Assembly: GCA_018969715.1 (NCBI GenBank)
Contig: JAGWXT010000001.1
Span: 74,877-138,876, forward strand
DNA from: Actinomycetales bacterium
GTDB taxonomy: Bacteria; Actinomycetota; Actinomycetes; S36-B12; UBA5976
DNA length: 64,000 nt
Reading direction: 5' to 3'
Within the stretch, counting starts at the first letter, position 1, and every line of letters begins with the position of its first letter. The translations under genes and the position numbers were made by a program. Below, one piece after another: positions 20,104-30,721 of the stretch. The notes below the pieces were generated by a model that saw nothing but the letters and a program-made list of their open reading frames with translations, had not been told where the DNA came from and did not search any database.

Positions 20104-20946
20104 TCACAGGGCGCGGAGCAGGAGGATCAGCCCACCGGTGGCGATCAGGCTGCCCACGAGGACTGCTGGCTGGGGGCGGCTGCCCTGCCGCAGCCACTCC
20201 ACGATGAGCACCACCAGCGGCAGGGTTGCCAGGACCGACTGGATGAGGATGACGCTGCCGAGCCCCACCGCGGCGATCGTGAGCAGGAAGCTGGCGGTGA
20301 TGAAGAAGGACCGGGTGGCGAGGAATGGCAGGTCCCGTCGGCTCAGGTCACGGGGCCAGAACAGGATGAGGTAGACAACCGCGGCAACGGCCACCCGCAC
20401 GATGTAGATCTCGGCAATGCCCGCACCTCGCTCGAAGAGCATCGCACTGAGCACGGTCAGCCCACCGGTGCCCAGGCCGAGTCCTGCGAGCAGCCCGATC
20501 GCTGCGGTTGACCCCAGATCGAAGGACCGCCGCAGGGGGATCAGGGCACCGGCCATCAGTACGCCGGCGCCGAGAAGTTCCAGTGGGGACACGGTGACCC
20601 CGAGCAGGATCGGGGCGGCCAGCAGCGCACCCGCAGGCGACAGTGCCTGCCCGACAGCCGCCCCGGAGGGCCGACCTCGCACGACGAGGGCGAAGACGCA
20701 GGCGGTGGTCCCGCACAGCACCACCGCGGAGGCGGCATGCAGGAGGAGGACACCCGGGGTGAAGGTCAGCCAGGTCGGCCCGAAGGGGATCAGCACCGCC
20801 GCCCACAGCCCATTGAGCAGGAACAGCGGCCCGACTGTCTGCCATGGCGGCAACCGCAGGGTGAGCGACTTGGTCAGGTACAGCCCGGTGGCGCCGGCGC
20901 CGGTTGCGGCAATGGACAGGGCGAGCACTGCGAGGACGGGGGGCAC
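20104..20946 (-). CDS. Polytopic integral membrane protein (DMT/EamA-like transporter candidate)
   Basis: Hydrophobic throughout, with about 9-10 predicted TM segments. Its GTG start directly abuts the gabT TAG, suggesting co-transcription. Family assignment is tentative. Confidence 0.55.
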   Translation of the reverse strand: MPPVLAVLALSIAATGAGATGLYLTKSLTLRLPPWQTVGPLFLLNGLWAAVLIPFGPTWLTFTPGVLLLHAASAVVLCGTTACVFALVVRGRPSGAAVGQALSPAGALLAAPILLGVTVSPLELLGAGVLMAGALIPLRRSFDLGSTAAIGLLAGLGLGTGGLTVLSAMLFERGAGIAEIYIVRVAVAAVVYLILFWPRDLSRRDLPFLATRSFFITASFLLTIAAVGLGSVILIQSVLATLPLVVLIVEWLRQGSRPQPAVLVGSLIATGGLILLLRAL

Positions 20947-22308
20947 CTACCGGGCCGCGGCCAGCGACTCCCCGAGCACGTCCATGGCCTCCTGCAGCAG
21001 GTGGTCGGGCATCACCAGCGGGGGGAGGAAGCGCAGGACGTTCCCGTCCGTGCCCGCGGTGAGCACCAGCACCCCGCGAGCGTGACACTGCGCGGCCACC
21101 CGGCTGGTGAACGCGGCATCGGGTGCGCCCTCGTGACTGAGCTCGATGGCCATCATCGCGCCGCGGCCGCGGACCTCGCCGATCTCGCTGAACTGCCCGG
21201 CCAGTGCATGCAGCCGCTCGGACATGATGCCGCCCAGCTCGATCGCCCGCTGGCGCAGGTCCTCCTTCTCGATCTGCTCGATCACCGCAAGTGCTGCCGC
21301 GCAGGCCAGTGGGTTGCCTGAGTAGGTCCCCCCCAGCCCGCCCGGGGGCACGCTGTCGACGATCTCGGCTCGGCCGGTGACCGCCGACAGTGGGAGGCCC
21401 CCGGCGATCCCCTTCGCGGTGATCACCAGATCGGGTGTGACCGATTCATGTTCGATGGCGAACCAGTCCCCGGTTCGCGCGAAGCCGGTCTGGATCTCGT
21501 CGGCGATGAAGACGATCCCGTGCTGGGCGGCGTAATCGGCCAGGCCGGCGAGGAACCCGGGGGCGGGGACGATGAAGCCACCCTCGCCCTGAATCGGCTC
21601 GATGACGATCGCGGCCGTGAGCTCGGCGCCGACGAGGGAGTCGATCAGGGCCGTTGCGCGGGCCGCGGCTGCCGATCCGGACAGGCCGTCCCGGAAGGGG
21701 TAGGACGTGGGTACCCGGTAGATCTCGGGGGCGAACGGTCCGAAGCCGCGCTTATAGGGGGTGGCCTTGGCGGTCATCGCCATCGCCAGGTTCGTTCGAC
21801 CATGGAATGCGTGCTCCACCACGACGACCGCCGGCCGTCCGGTGTGCACCCGGGCGATCTTGACGGCGTTCTCCACCGCCTCGGCACCGGAGTTCAGCAG
21901 CAGGGAGCGCTTCTCATGGTTGCCCGGGGTGATCGCCGCCAGTGCCTCGCAGACCGCCACATAGCCCTCATAGGGCGCAACGCCGAAGGCGGTGTGGGTG
22001 AACCGTCCGACCTGTTCGGTGACCGCGGCCACCACGGCGGGGCTGGCATTGCCGACGTTGGTCACTGCGATGCCCGAGCCCATGTCGATCAGGCTGTTGC
22101 CATCGACGTCGACGACGACACCCCCGCCGGCGCGGTCGATGAACGCCGGGATCGTCGCAGGGATGGCGCGGGCGACCGTCGCGGAGCGCCGCGCCCCGAG
22201 CATCCGGGACCGTGGGCCGGGGATCTCGGTCACCAATCGGCGCTGCTGGGGCAGCGAATCGGGAGGCTGCAGTTCACCGGCTCCGGGAACGGTGCTGACC
22301 ATCGTCAA
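20947..22308 (-). CDS. gabT: 4-aminobutyrate aminotransferase
   Basis: Motifs RRLVTEIPGPRS, SGAEAVENAVKIAR, ADEIQTGFARTG and ITAKGIAGGLPLSAV (Schiff-base Lys). Confidence 0.9.
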   Translation of the reverse strand: MTMVSTVPGAGELQPPDSLPQQRRLVTEIPGPRSRMLGARRSATVARAIPATIPAFIDRAGGGVVVDVDGNSLIDMGSGIAVTNVGNASPAVVAAVTEQVGRFTHTAFGVAPYEGYVAVCEALAAITPGNHEKRSLLLNSGAEAVENAVKIARVHTGRPAVVVVEHAFHGRTNLAMAMTAKATPYKRGFGPFAPEIYRVPTSYPFRDGLSGSAAAARATALIDSLVGAELTAAIVIEPIQGEGGFIVPAPGFLAGLADYAAQHGIVFIADEIQTGFARTGDWFAIEHESVTPDLVITAKGIAGGLPLSAVTGRAEIVDSVPPGGLGGTYSGNPLACAAALAVIEQIEKEDLRQRAIELGGIMSERLHALAGQFSEIGEVRGRGAMMAIELSHEGAPDAAFTSRVAAQCHARGVLVLTAGTDGNVLRFLPPLVMPDHLLQEAMDVLGESLAAAR

Positions 22309-22379
22309 CCCTCCTGCTGCTCGTTGTGCGGGGTACTGAATCCGGGCTGATGCCTCGCCCAGTGATTCGTGTTGGCCCG

Positions 22380-22391
22380 GTGACTAGTCAC
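22380..22391. promoter_or_regulatory. Perfect 12-bp palindrome GTGACTAGTCAC in the gabT/dxr divergent region (candidate operator)
   Basis: Read directly from the sequence. It contains CTAG, which looks rare in this GC-rich DNA. A second inverted repeat, ATGGAC-N4-GTCCAT, lies at 22411-22426. Confidence 0.3.
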
Positions 22392-22398
22392 GACGATT

Positions 22399-23667
22399 GT
22401 GTCAGGTGGGCATGGACCTGTGTCCATCTCGCCGATGGGGAGGGATGTACGCCAGACTTCTGCCGTGCCCGACCCGTCCGCTGCACCCCCGCGCGAGATC
22501 GCCGTCCTCGGCGCAACCGGCTCGATTGGAACGCAGGCCCTCGACGTGATCGCCCGCAGTGGTGGTCGGCTGCGGGCGGTTGCCCTCGCCGCTGGTGCGA
22601 GCTCACCGGACCTGCTCGCCGAGCAGGTGGCGCGAACCGGGGCGAGCGTTGTCGGGGTCACCACGCAGGCGGCGGCAACCCGGATGCTGGCGCGGCTGGA
22701 TGCCCTCGGGGTTGCCCACCCGCGGACGCTCGAGATCGGGGAGAACTCGGCGGCCGAGGTGGCTCGCCGCGGCGCGCCCATCGTCCTCAACGGTCTCGCC
22801 GGCGCAGCGGGCCTGTCCGCAACCGCGGCAACGCTGACCGCCGGGGCAACCCTGGCGCTGGCGAACAAGGAGTCGCTGGTCATCGGTGGGCCGTTGATCA
22901 CCGGCCTGGCCGCCCCCGGGCAGATCGTTCCCGTCGACAGTGAGCACTCAGCCCTCGCCCAGTGCCTCCGAGCAGGCAGGTCGGATGAGGTCGCCCGCCT
23001 GATCCTCACCGCAAGCGGTGGGCCGTTTCGCACCTTCAACCGAGCACGGCTGCGGGCGGTCACCCCGGAGCAGGCCCTTGACCATCCGACGTGGAGCATG
23101 GGGCCGCTGGTCACGATCAACTCGGCGACCCTCTTCAACAAGGGCCTTGAGCTGATCGAGGCTCACCTGCTCTTCGGGGTCCCGCTGGACCGCATCGAGG
23201 TGGTGGTCCACCCGCAGTCGATCGTCCACTCCATGGTCGAGTTCTGGGACGGCTCAACCATCGCCCAGGCCAGCCCGCCGGATATGCGCCTGCCGATCGC
23301 GGTCGCCCTGGCCTGGCCCGATCGGGTGCCGGCGGTCATCGCCGGCCTGGACTGGACGCGGCCCGGCCAGTGGACGTTCCTGCCGCTGGACGGAACGCTC
23401 TTCCCGGCGGTGGACATCGCCCGCCGGGCGGCGGCCCATGGTGGGGCGGCGCCCGCGGTGTGCAATGCCGCCAATGAGGTGGCGGTTGCCACCTTCCTCG
23501 CCGGTGGCTGCGGGTTCACCGACATCATGGACCTGGTGGCGGCGGTGCTGGCGGACTTCCTCGCCGATCCCGGCACGGTGCCGGCGACCATCGACGACCT
23601 GATCGAGCGGGATCGGTGGGCACGGGCGCGCGCGCGCAGCCGACTGGGGGCTGCGGCGCACGGCTGA
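22399..23667 (+). CDS. dxr: 1-deoxy-D-xylulose 5-phosphate reductoisomerase
   Basis: Motifs AVLGATGSIGTQALDV, LANKESLV, PVDSEHSA and HPTWSMGPLVTINSAT. The start is uncertain: GTG 22399, ATG 22435 or GTG 22465. Confidence 0.92.
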   Translation: MSGGHGPVSISPMGRDVRQTSAVPDPSAAPPREIAVLGATGSIGTQALDVIARSGGRLRAVALAAGASSPDLLAEQVARTGASVVGVTTQAAATRMLARLDALGVAHPRTLEIGENSAAEVARRGAPIVLNGLAGAAGLSATAATLTAGATLALANKESLVIGGPLITGLAAPGQIVPVDSEHSALAQCLRAGRSDEVARLILTASGGPFRTFNRARLRAVTPEQALDHPTWSMGPLVTINSATLFNKGLELIEAHLLFGVPLDRIEVVVHPQSIVHSMVEFWDGSTIAQASPPDMRLPIAVALAWPDRVPAVIAGLDWTRPGQWTFLPLDGTLFPAVDIARRAAAHGGAAPAVCNAANEVAVATFLAGGCGFTDIMDLVAAVLADFLADPGTVPATIDDLIERDRWARARARSRLGAAAHG

Positions 23668-23730
23668 TCGGGCGCATACTGGAGCAGCGGGGTTGCCAGT
23701 CGGCGACCCGGGAGCGGCAGCGCGGAGGGG

Positions 23731-25041
23731 GTGGGTGTGGCCGACCTCGGCGCGGACCTGTCGGTGATTGCCGGCCCCCTCGGCATCCTCGCCTTCCTCA
23801 TCGCGATCATGGCCTCGATCGCACTGCACGAGTGCGGGCACCTGATCCCGGCGAAGCGCTTCGGGGTCCGGGTGAGCGAGTACTTCATCGGCTTCGGGCC
23901 AACCCTGTGGTCGATCAGGCGCGGGGAGACCGAGTACGGGGTGAAGGCGATCCCGCTCGGCGGCTACGTCCGCCTGATCGGCATGCTGCCGCCGGTGCCC
24001 GCCGCCCCCGCGACATCAGCCGGACCCGTGGGGTCGATCGTCGCCCAGGCCCGGGCCGCCGCCGTCGCCGATATCGGGCCCACTGACACCGGCCGGGTCT
24101 TCTACGCACTGCCCGTTCACCGCAAGCTCATCGTCATGCTCGGCGGTCCGGTCATGAACGCGGTGCTCGCGGCCCTGCTGTTCACGATCGCCCTGTGCGC
24201 GATGGGGGTGCCGACACCGACGGCGACGGTTGCCACCGTCGTCCCCTGTGTTCCGGCGGCCGCGGCCACCCAGCCGACCTGCGTTGCGGGGGAGCCGGCA
24301 TCGCCGGCGGCCGTTGCGGGCCTGCAGGCCGGTGACGTCATCACCGCGGTCAACGGTGAGCCGGTGTCCGCGTGGGCGGACCTCACCGCCCGGCTTGGCG
24401 CACAGCCCGGGCAACGGGTGGTGATTGACGTGCTGCGCGCTGGGCAGCCCCGTCAGCAGGCGATCGAACTGGCGGCGGTTGCTCGGCCCGACCCCGAGCA
24501 GCCGGGGGTCGTGCGCACCCGCGGGTATCTCGGCATCACCCCGGAGGTCACGCCGGTCCGCCAGCCGCCCAGCGCCGTTCCGGTGCTGATGTGGCGGATC
24601 ACGCAGGCCACCGGGGCGGCCCTGGCGACGCTGCCGGCGCGCCTGGCCGATGTCGCCGGTGCGGCCTTCCTCGGGGAGCAACGCGATCCGGAGGGACTGG
24701 TCGGAGTGGTGGGAGTGGGGAGGGTGTCAGGGGAGATCGCCAGTGCGCCGGCGCCGATCGCCTGGCGGGTGGCGGACTTCCTCAGCCTCGTTGCCGGGCT
24801 CAACCTCGCCCTGGCCCTGTTCAACCTCATTCCGCTGCTGCCCCTCGACGGGGGTCACATCGCCGGCGCCCTGTGGGAGGGTGTGCGGCGCGGGTGGGCG
24901 CGGCTGCGGCGCCGTCCCGATCCCGGACCCGTTGACCTGGCCCGGCTGATGCCCGTCACCTATGCGGTGGGGATCGCCCTGATCGGGATGTCGCTGCTGC
25001 TGCTCTACGCCGACCTCGTCAACCCGATCCGGCTGGGCTGA
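23731..25041 (+). CDS. rseP: Site-2 (M50) zinc metalloprotease, RseP/Rip1-like
   Basis: HExxH motif ([11 protein letters not shown]), PDZ domain ([17 protein letters not shown]) and C-terminal [12 protein letters not shown]. Confidence 0.9.
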   Translation: MGVADLGADLSVIAGPLGILAFLIAIMASIALHECGHLIPAKRFGVRVSEYFIGFGPTLWSIRRGETEYGVKAIPLGGYVRLIGMLPPVPAAPATSAGPVGSIVAQARAAAVADIGPTDTGRVFYALPVHRKLIVMLGGPVMNAVLAALLFTIALCAMGVPTPTATVATVVPCVPAAAATQPTCVAGEPASPAAVAGLQAGDVITAVNGEPVSAWADLTARLGAQPGQRVVIDVLRAGQPRQQAIELAAVARPDPEQPGVVRTRGYLGITPEVTPVRQPPSAVPVLMWRITQATGAALATLPARLADVAGAAFLGEQRDPEGLVGVVGVGRVSGEIASAPAPIAWRVADFLSLVAGLNLALALFNLIPLLPLDGGHIAGALWEGVRRGWARLRRRPDPGPVDLARLMPVTYAVGIALIGMSLLLLYADLVNPIRLG

Positions 25042-25135
25042 CCGGGCTGACCCGGCTGACCGGGCTGACCTCGCTGACCCGGCTGACCCGGCTGCCACCG
25101 GGCTGCCACCGGGCTGCCACCGGGCTGCCACCGGG
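25031..25135. repeat. Compound microsatellite: (GGCTGACCN, 8-10 bp) x6 followed by (GGGCTGCCACC, 11 bp) x4
   Basis: It starts on the rseP stop codon (TGA 25039-25041). Every unit of the first array contains TGA. Confidence 0.95.
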
Positions 25136-25172
25136 CAGGGCGTCGGTTGCGGCCACCGGGGATACTGGGCCG

Positions 25173-26345
25173 GTGACCGCTCTCAACCTCGGCATGCCCG
25201 CCGCCCCACCACCGGTCCTCGCCCCCCGTCGCACAACCCGTCGGATCACCCTGCGCCACCACAGCCACCCGGTCGATGTCGGCGGTGGGGCGCCGGTGTC
25301 GGTGCAGTCGATGACGACGACGGTGACCGCCGACATCAATGCGACCCTGCAGCAGATCGCGACCCTCACCGCGACCGGCTGCCAGGTGGTGCGCGTTGCC
25401 GTGCCCAGTCAGGACGATGCGGATGCGCTGGCGGTGATCGCCCGCAAGTCCGGCATCCCCGTGATCGCCGATATCCACTTCCAGCCGCGCTATGTCTTCG
25501 CCGCGATTGAGGCCGGCTGTGCGGGGGTGCGCGTCAACCCCGGCAACATCAAGCAGTTCGATGACCGGGTTGGGGAGATCGCCCGCGCCGCGGCCGATGC
25601 CGGCGTGCCCATCCGCATCGGGGTGAATGCCGGCTCCCTCGATCCGCGCCTGCTGGCGAAGTACGGCAAGGCGACGCCGGAGGCACTGGTGGAGTCGGCG
25701 CTGTGGGAGGCCTCACTGTTCGAGGAGCACGGCTATCAGGACATCAAGATCTCGGTGAAGCACCACGACCCGGTCATCATGGTGCAGGCATACCGTCTGC
25801 TCGCCGCCGCCAGCGACTACCCCCTGCACCTTGGCGTCACCGAGGCGGGCCCCACCTTCCAGGGCACCATCAAGTCGGCGGTCGCCTTCGGGGCGCTGCT
25901 GGCGGAGGGGATTGGCGACACGATCCGGGTCTCCCTGTCCGCCCCACCGGTTGAGGAGGTCAAGGTCGGCATCGCGATCCTGGAGTCACTGAACCTGCGG
26001 CAGCGGGGTCTGGAGATCGTCTCCTGTCCCAGCTGCGGACGGGCTCAGGTGGACGTGTACACCCTCGCCGAGCAGGTGACCGCAGGGCTGGCGGGGCTCA
26101 CGGTGCCGCTGCGGGTTGCGGTGATGGGGTGCGTCGTCAATGGCCCGGGTGAGGCCCGCGAGGCCGACCTCGGCGTCGCCTCGGGCAATGGCAAGGGCCA
26201 GATCTTCGTCCGTGGTGAGGTGATCGCCACGGTGCCCGAGCACGCCATCGTCGAGACGCTGGTGACGGAGGCGCTGCGGCTGGCTGAGGAGATGGGGGCC
26301 GATCTCGACGACGCGGCCGAGTCCCCGACGGTGACCGTCCACTGA
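25173..26345 (+). CDS. ispG: 4-hydroxy-3-methylbut-2-en-1-yl diphosphate synthase
   Basis: Motifs [17 protein letters not shown], and the C-terminal Fe-S ligands CPSCGR...GCVVNGPGE. Confidence 0.95.
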   Translation: MTALNLGMPAAPPPVLAPRRTTRRITLRHHSHPVDVGGGAPVSVQSMTTTVTADINATLQQIATLTATGCQVVRVAVPSQDDADALAVIARKSGIPVIADIHFQPRYVFAAIEAGCAGVRVNPGNIKQFDDRVGEIARAAADAGVPIRIGVNAGSLDPRLLAKYGKATPEALVESALWEASLFEEHGYQDIKISVKHHDPVIMVQAYRLLAAASDYPLHLGVTEAGPTFQGTIKSAVAFGALLAEGIGDTIRVSLSAPPVEEVKVGIAILESLNLRQRGLEIVSCPSCGRAQVDVYTLAEQVTAGLAGLTVPLRVAVMGCVVNGPGEAREADLGVASGNGKGQIFVRGEVIATVPEHAIVETLVTEALRLAEEMGADLDDAAESPTVTVH

Positions 26346-26452
26346 CGGCACCGCCCGAGGTCGCGGCATCGACCCTGCGCGCCCGCACCCTCGACCGCGG
26401 CGACGGGAAGGCCGTTGACGCCCTCATCGGCCAGCATCCGCTGGCCCGCTGC

Positions 26453-27250
26453 ATGGCGGCGGCAACCGTCGGCTGGGCACTGGTCGAACCGGTGGTGATG
26501 GGGGCCCGGGTGATCGGGGTGATCAGCGATGAGCCGGTGGGGGCGCGCATCCGAGTGCGGGATGGCTGGCTGCACTCACTGGTGGCCCTCGGCGCCAATG
26601 CCATGCCCGTGGCCACCACGTCGGACAGCCGACGGGTGCTCGCCGAGGTGCTCACGGCTGGGGTGGGGGGGCGCAGGCGGGGGGTGGCGTCGCTGGTGGG
26701 ACCGCGTGCGGAGGTACTCGATCTATGGCACCGCCTGGCGGGGTCATGGGGGCCGGCGCGGGAGGTGCGGGCCCAGCAGCCGCTGCTAGCCCTCGCCCGC
26801 GCGCCGCTGGTTCGGCCGGATCCGCGGGTGCGACCGCTGCGGGCGGCTGAGGTCGACCTGCTGGTACCCGCGGCGACGGCGATGTTCCGCGAGGAGGTGG
26901 GGGTCGAGCCGGCGACCGCGGCGACGCACGGGGCCTACCGCGAACGGCTGGCCCAGACGGTGCGAGCCGGGTGGGCATTCGCACGCGTCGATGACGGCTC
27001 CGTCACCTTCAAGGCCGAGGTCGGAGCCCTTGCCCATGGCGTATGCCAGATCCAGGGGGTGTGGGTCGCGGCGCACCTGCGCGGGCAGGGGGTCGGCACC
27101 GCGGCGATGGCGGCGGTGGTGCTGGCCTGCCAGCGGCGAATCGCCCCCGTGGTGAGCCTCTACGTCAACGACTACAACCGCACCGCTCGCGCAATGTACG
27201 AGCGCGTAGGGTTCAGCGAGGTCGGCCAGTTCGCCACGGTCCTGCTGTGA
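26453..27250 (+). CDS. GNAT family N-acetyltransferase (the ispG-adjacent type found in actinobacteria)
   Basis: Acetyl-CoA site [24 protein letters not shown]...[10 protein letters not shown]. The conserved-looking N-terminal part lies upstream of the first canonical start (see findings). Confidence 0.8.
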   Translation: MAAATVGWALVEPVVMGARVIGVISDEPVGARIRVRDGWLHSLVALGANAMPVATTSDSRRVLAEVLTAGVGGRRRGVASLVGPRAEVLDLWHRLAGSWGPAREVRAQQPLLALARAPLVRPDPRVRPLRAAEVDLLVPAATAMFREEVGVEPATAATHGAYRERLAQTVRAGWAFARVDDGSVTFKAEVGALAHGVCQIQGVWVAAHLRGQGVGTAAMAAVVLACQRRIAPVVSLYVNDYNRTARAMYERVGFSEVGQFATVLL

Positions 27251-27320
27251 CCACGGTGCCGTGGCCGTCATCCGGCGGCCGCTGGCCGCAGCTCGAGGAG
27301 GAGGCCTGGCGGTGCTTCGC

Positions 27321-29126
27321 ATGTCCGAGCTGTTCGGACGCACGCTGCGTGATGACCCGGCCGATGCGGAGGTGCCCAGTCACGCCCTGCTGATGCGAGC
27401 CGGGTACATCCGGCGGGTGTCCCCGGGTGTGTTCACCTGGCTGCCACTGGGCTGGCGCGTCTACCGCGCGGTGGAGCGAGTGGTCCGGGAGCAGATGGAT
27501 GCCGCGGGCTTTCAGGAGGTGCACTTTCCGGCGCTGCTGCCGCGGGAGCCCTATGAGCGGACACATCGGTGGACGGAGTACGGCGAGACGCTGTTCCGGC
27601 TGCGCGACCGTCGCGGCAACGACCACCTGCTCGGCCCCACCCATGAGGAGATGTTCACCCTGCTGGTCAAGGACATCTGCTCGTCCTATCGCGACCTGCC
27701 GGTGATCCTCTACCAGATCCAGGTCAAGTACCGCGATGAGGCACGGCCGCGGGCGGGGATCCTGCGCGGGCGTGAATTCACCATGAAGGACAGTTACTCC
27801 TTCGATCTGGACGAGGTGGGTCTGGCGCGCTCGTACCAGCGGCATCGGGAGGCGTACATCGCCACCTTCGATCGGCTGGGGCTGTCCTATGTGATCGTCT
27901 CGGCCACCTCTGGGGCAATGGGGGGGTCGCGCAGTGAGGAGTTCCTTGCCCCCTGCTCGCACGGGGAGGACACCTTCGTGCGCTGTGCGGGCTGCGGCTA
28001 TGCCGCGAACGTTGAGGCCTTCACCACGGCTGGGCCCGTGGCGGCGGGTGCCGGGCCGGCGGATGCGGGTGCTGCGACAGTGGCGGCGCCGATGGTCGAG
28101 GTCGACACTCCCGGCACCCCGACGATCGATTCGCTGGTGTCCCTGCTCAATGACCGTCCCGACCTGCGTCGCGAGGATCGGCCATGGGTGGCTGGCGACA
28201 CGCTGAAGAACGTCGTCCTCATCCGCCAGTTGCCCGATGGCAGCACCCTGCCGCTGGTGGTCGGGGTGCCCGGGGATCGGGAGGTCGACCTGCGCCGCCT
28301 GGAGGCATCCCTCCATCCGGCGGTGCTGCGGACGTTCGAGGATGCTGACTTCCTGGCCCACCCCACGCTGGTGCGCGGCTACCTTGGACCGCAGGTGCTG
28401 GGCGCCGCCGCGGGGGGAATCGAGTACCTCGTTGATCCGCGAGTCCGTCCCGGAACCGCATGGGTGACCGGCGCCAATGCTCCGGGGCGGCACGTGATCG
28501 ATCTGGTGATCGGACGGGACGCCCACCCCGATGGCGTCATCGAGGCCGTCACCGTGGAACCCGGGGATCCCTGCCCCCAGTGCGGTGCGGGCATCGAGCT
28601 GGCGCGCGGGATCGAGATCGGGCACATCTTCGCACTCGGGCGCAAGTACGCCGAGGCGCTGGAGCTGCGGGTCCTCGATGAGCATGGTGAGGCAGTGGTC
28701 GTGACGATGGGCAGCTATGGCATCGGCGTCTCCCGCCTCGTTGCCGCAATCGCCGAGCAGTGGCACGACACCCGCGGACTGTGCTGGCCGGCGGTGGTTG
28801 CGCCGGCGGACATCCACCTCATTGCCACCGGCAAGGAGGCCGCCGCCTACGCGGCGGCCGACGACCTGGCCGCACAACTGACCGACAGCGGCCTGCGCGT
28901 GCTCTACGACGACCGCCCAACGGTGTCCCCGGGCGTGAAGTTCAACGATTCCGAGCTCATCGGGGTACCGACCATCGTCGTCATCGGCAAGCGCCTTGCC
29001 GAGGGGTTGATCGAGCTCAAGGATCGCCGCACCGGTGACCGTGCGGACATCCCGGTCGGTGAGGCGGCGGCATTGATCCGCGCCCGGGTGGCCCGGCTGG
29101 TGCACACCGGCGGTGACGCGGGATGA
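27321..29126 (+). CDS. proS: Proline--tRNA ligase
   Basis: Motifs [42 protein letters not shown] and [10 protein letters not shown]. Start is ATG 27321, or GTG 27312. Confidence 0.95.
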   Translation: MSELFGRTLRDDPADAEVPSHALLMRAGYIRRVSPGVFTWLPLGWRVYRAVERVVREQMDAAGFQEVHFPALLPREPYERTHRWTEYGETLFRLRDRRGNDHLLGPTHEEMFTLLVKDICSSYRDLPVILYQIQVKYRDEARPRAGILRGREFTMKDSYSFDLDEVGLARSYQRHREAYIATFDRLGLSYVIVSATSGAMGGSRSEEFLAPCSHGEDTFVRCAGCGYAANVEAFTTAGPVAAGAGPADAGAATVAAPMVEVDTPGTPTIDSLVSLLNDRPDLRREDRPWVAGDTLKNVVLIRQLPDGSTLPLVVGVPGDREVDLRRLEASLHPAVLRTFEDADFLAHPTLVRGYLGPQVLGAAAGGIEYLVDPRVRPGTAWVTGANAPGRHVIDLVIGRDAHPDGVIEAVTVEPGDPCPQCGAGIELARGIEIGHIFALGRKYAEALELRVLDEHGEAVVVTMGSYGIGVSRLVAAIAEQWHDTRGLCWPAVVAPADIHLIATGKEAAAYAAADDLAAQLTDSGLRVLYDDRPTVSPGVKFNDSELIGVPTIVVIGKRLAEGLIELKDRRTGDRADIPVGEAAALIRARVARLVHTGGDAG

Positions 29127-29713
29127 GCCGCGGGGTCCCCGGCATGGCCGATGCCGGTGCCGATGCCGGCGTGGTGGCCGGCGGGGTGGCCGGCGTGGCC
29201 GATGCCGAGCAGGCCATCGCAGCGGTGATCGCCGATGCCGTCACCAGCGAGGGGTACGTCATCGAGGGCGTTCGCTGGGTGACCGCCAGCACCCTGCGGA
29301 TCCTCGACGTGCTCGTTGACCGGTCCGAGCCCATCACACTCGATGAAGTGGCGACGGCCTCCCGCCTGATCTCGGCGGCGCTGGATGCCTCCGACGTTCT
29401 CGGGGATGACCCCTACACCCTGCAGGTGGGCTCCCCGGGAGTCGATATGCCGCTGACCCTGCCTCGCCACTGGCGTCGGGCCGTCGGCCGGCGCGTGGAC
29501 ATCACCGTCGAGCGGTGCTCCCCGGACGTCCCGGAAGAGGTGATCGTGCGCGCCGTCGTGCGGGCGGTGGACGACGTGGGGGTCACCGTCGACGTGGACC
29601 CAGCCGATCAGCCGGCGGGTGCCGAGGGCCTGGCCCAGTCCGGGTGCGCGGCGCCGATCAGCCATCTGCCCTACCCCCGCATCCGTTGCGGGCGGGTCCT
29701 CGTGGACCTGTGA
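29123..29713 (+). CDS. rimP: Ribosome maturation factor RimP
   Basis: Motif [28 protein letters not shown]...[18 protein letters not shown] overlap with the proS stop. Sits in rimP-nusA-infB synteny. Confidence 0.88.
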   Translation: MSRGVPGMADAGADAGVVAGGVAGVADAEQAIAAVIADAVTSEGYVIEGVRWVTASTLRILDVLVDRSEPITLDEVATASRLISAALDASDVLGDDPYTLQVGSPGVDMPLTLPRHWRRAVGRRVDITVERCSPDVPEEVIVRAVVRAVDDVGVTVDVDPADQPAGAEGLAQSGCAAPISHLPYPRIRCGRVLVDL

Positions 29714-29773
29714 TGGACCGCTGCGCTCACCGTGCGCGACGCCACCCGGCTGGAACGTGCGGGGGGGCTGACC

Positions 29774-30721
29774 ATGGACATTGACCTTGCGGCGCTGCGC
29801 GCTGTCGTTCGGGAGCGGGAGCTGTCCCTGGCTGCGGTGCTGGTATCGATCGAGACGTCATTGGTGACCGCCTACCGCGCTGCGGGGGGCAGTGGTGAGC
29901 GGGTGAGCGCGGAGATCGATCGGGAGACCGGACACGTCACCATCTGGGTTACCGACAGTGAGGGCGTCACCACCGATGAGACGCCCGACGGCTTCGGGCG
30001 GGTGGCGGCGGCAACGGCGCGCCAGGTGCTGCTGCAACGGCTGCGACGCGCCACCGATGAGCAGGTGTACGCCGAGACCGTCGACCGGGAGGGTCAGGTG
30101 GTGTCGGGGATCGTCCAGCAGAGCCGTGACCCGGATGTCATCCGGCTTGACCTCGGCTCGATCGAGGCGACCATGCCCCGGGCGGAGTGGGTGCCGGGGG
30201 AGGACTACTCACATGGCCGCCGATTGCGGGTCTTCGTCTGCGCGGTGAGGCGGACGGCGCGGGGGCCGGTGGCGGTGGTCTCGCGCTCCCATCCGGGCCT
30301 GGTCCGCGGGCTGTTCGAGCGGGAGGTGCCGGAGATCCACGATGGGTCCGTTGAGATCACCGCGGTAGCGCGGGAACCCGGTCACCGAAGCAAGATCGCC
30401 GTGCGGACGTCGGTGCCGAACCTCAATCCGAAGGGGGCGTGCATCGGGGTGCTCGGCGCCCGCGTCCGTTCGGTCATGGCCGAGCTCAATGGCGAGAAGA
30501 TCGACATCGTCGACCACCACGACGACCCGGTTCGGTTCGTGCGCAGCGCCCTCTCACCGGCGCAGACCACCGGCGGCCGGCTGGTCGATGAGCAGACGCG
30601 GGCGGTTCAGGTCATCGTTCCGGCCAGCCAGTTGTCGCTGGCCATCGGTCGGGATGGCCAGAATGCGCGCCTGGCGGCGCGGCTCACCCGCTGCCGGATT
30701 GACATTCAGCCGGGTGAGTGA
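29774..30721 (+). CDS. nusA: Transcription termination/antitermination factor NusA
   Basis: S1 domain (GQVVSGIVQQ) and KH domains (NPKGACIGVLGARVRSVMAELNGEKIDIV; LSLAIGRDGQNARLAARLT). ATG 29774 follows a G-rich SD. Confidence 0.93.
   Translation: MDIDLAALRAVVRERELSLAAVLVSIETSLVTAYRAAGGSGERVSAEIDRETGHVTIWVTDSEGVTTDETPDGFGRVAAATARQVLLQRLRRATDEQVYAETVDREGQVVSGIVQQSRDPDVIRLDLGSIEATMPRAEWVPGEDYSHGRRLRVFVCAVRRTARGPVAVVSRSHPGLVRGLFEREVPEIHDGSVEITAVAREPGHRSKIAVRTSVPNLNPKGACIGVLGARVRSVMAELNGEKIDIVDHHDDPVRFVRSALSPAQTTGGRLVDEQTRAVQVIVPASQLSLAIGRDGQNARLAARLTRCRIDIQPGE

Noticed and set aside
25031-25135. Whether the tandem arrays (here, and at 6535-6616, 54312-54365 and 57313-57384) could be CRISPR arrays.
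   Set aside because: The units are contiguous with no unique spacers, only 8-24 bp long, and present in 3-6 copies. No cas genes are present.
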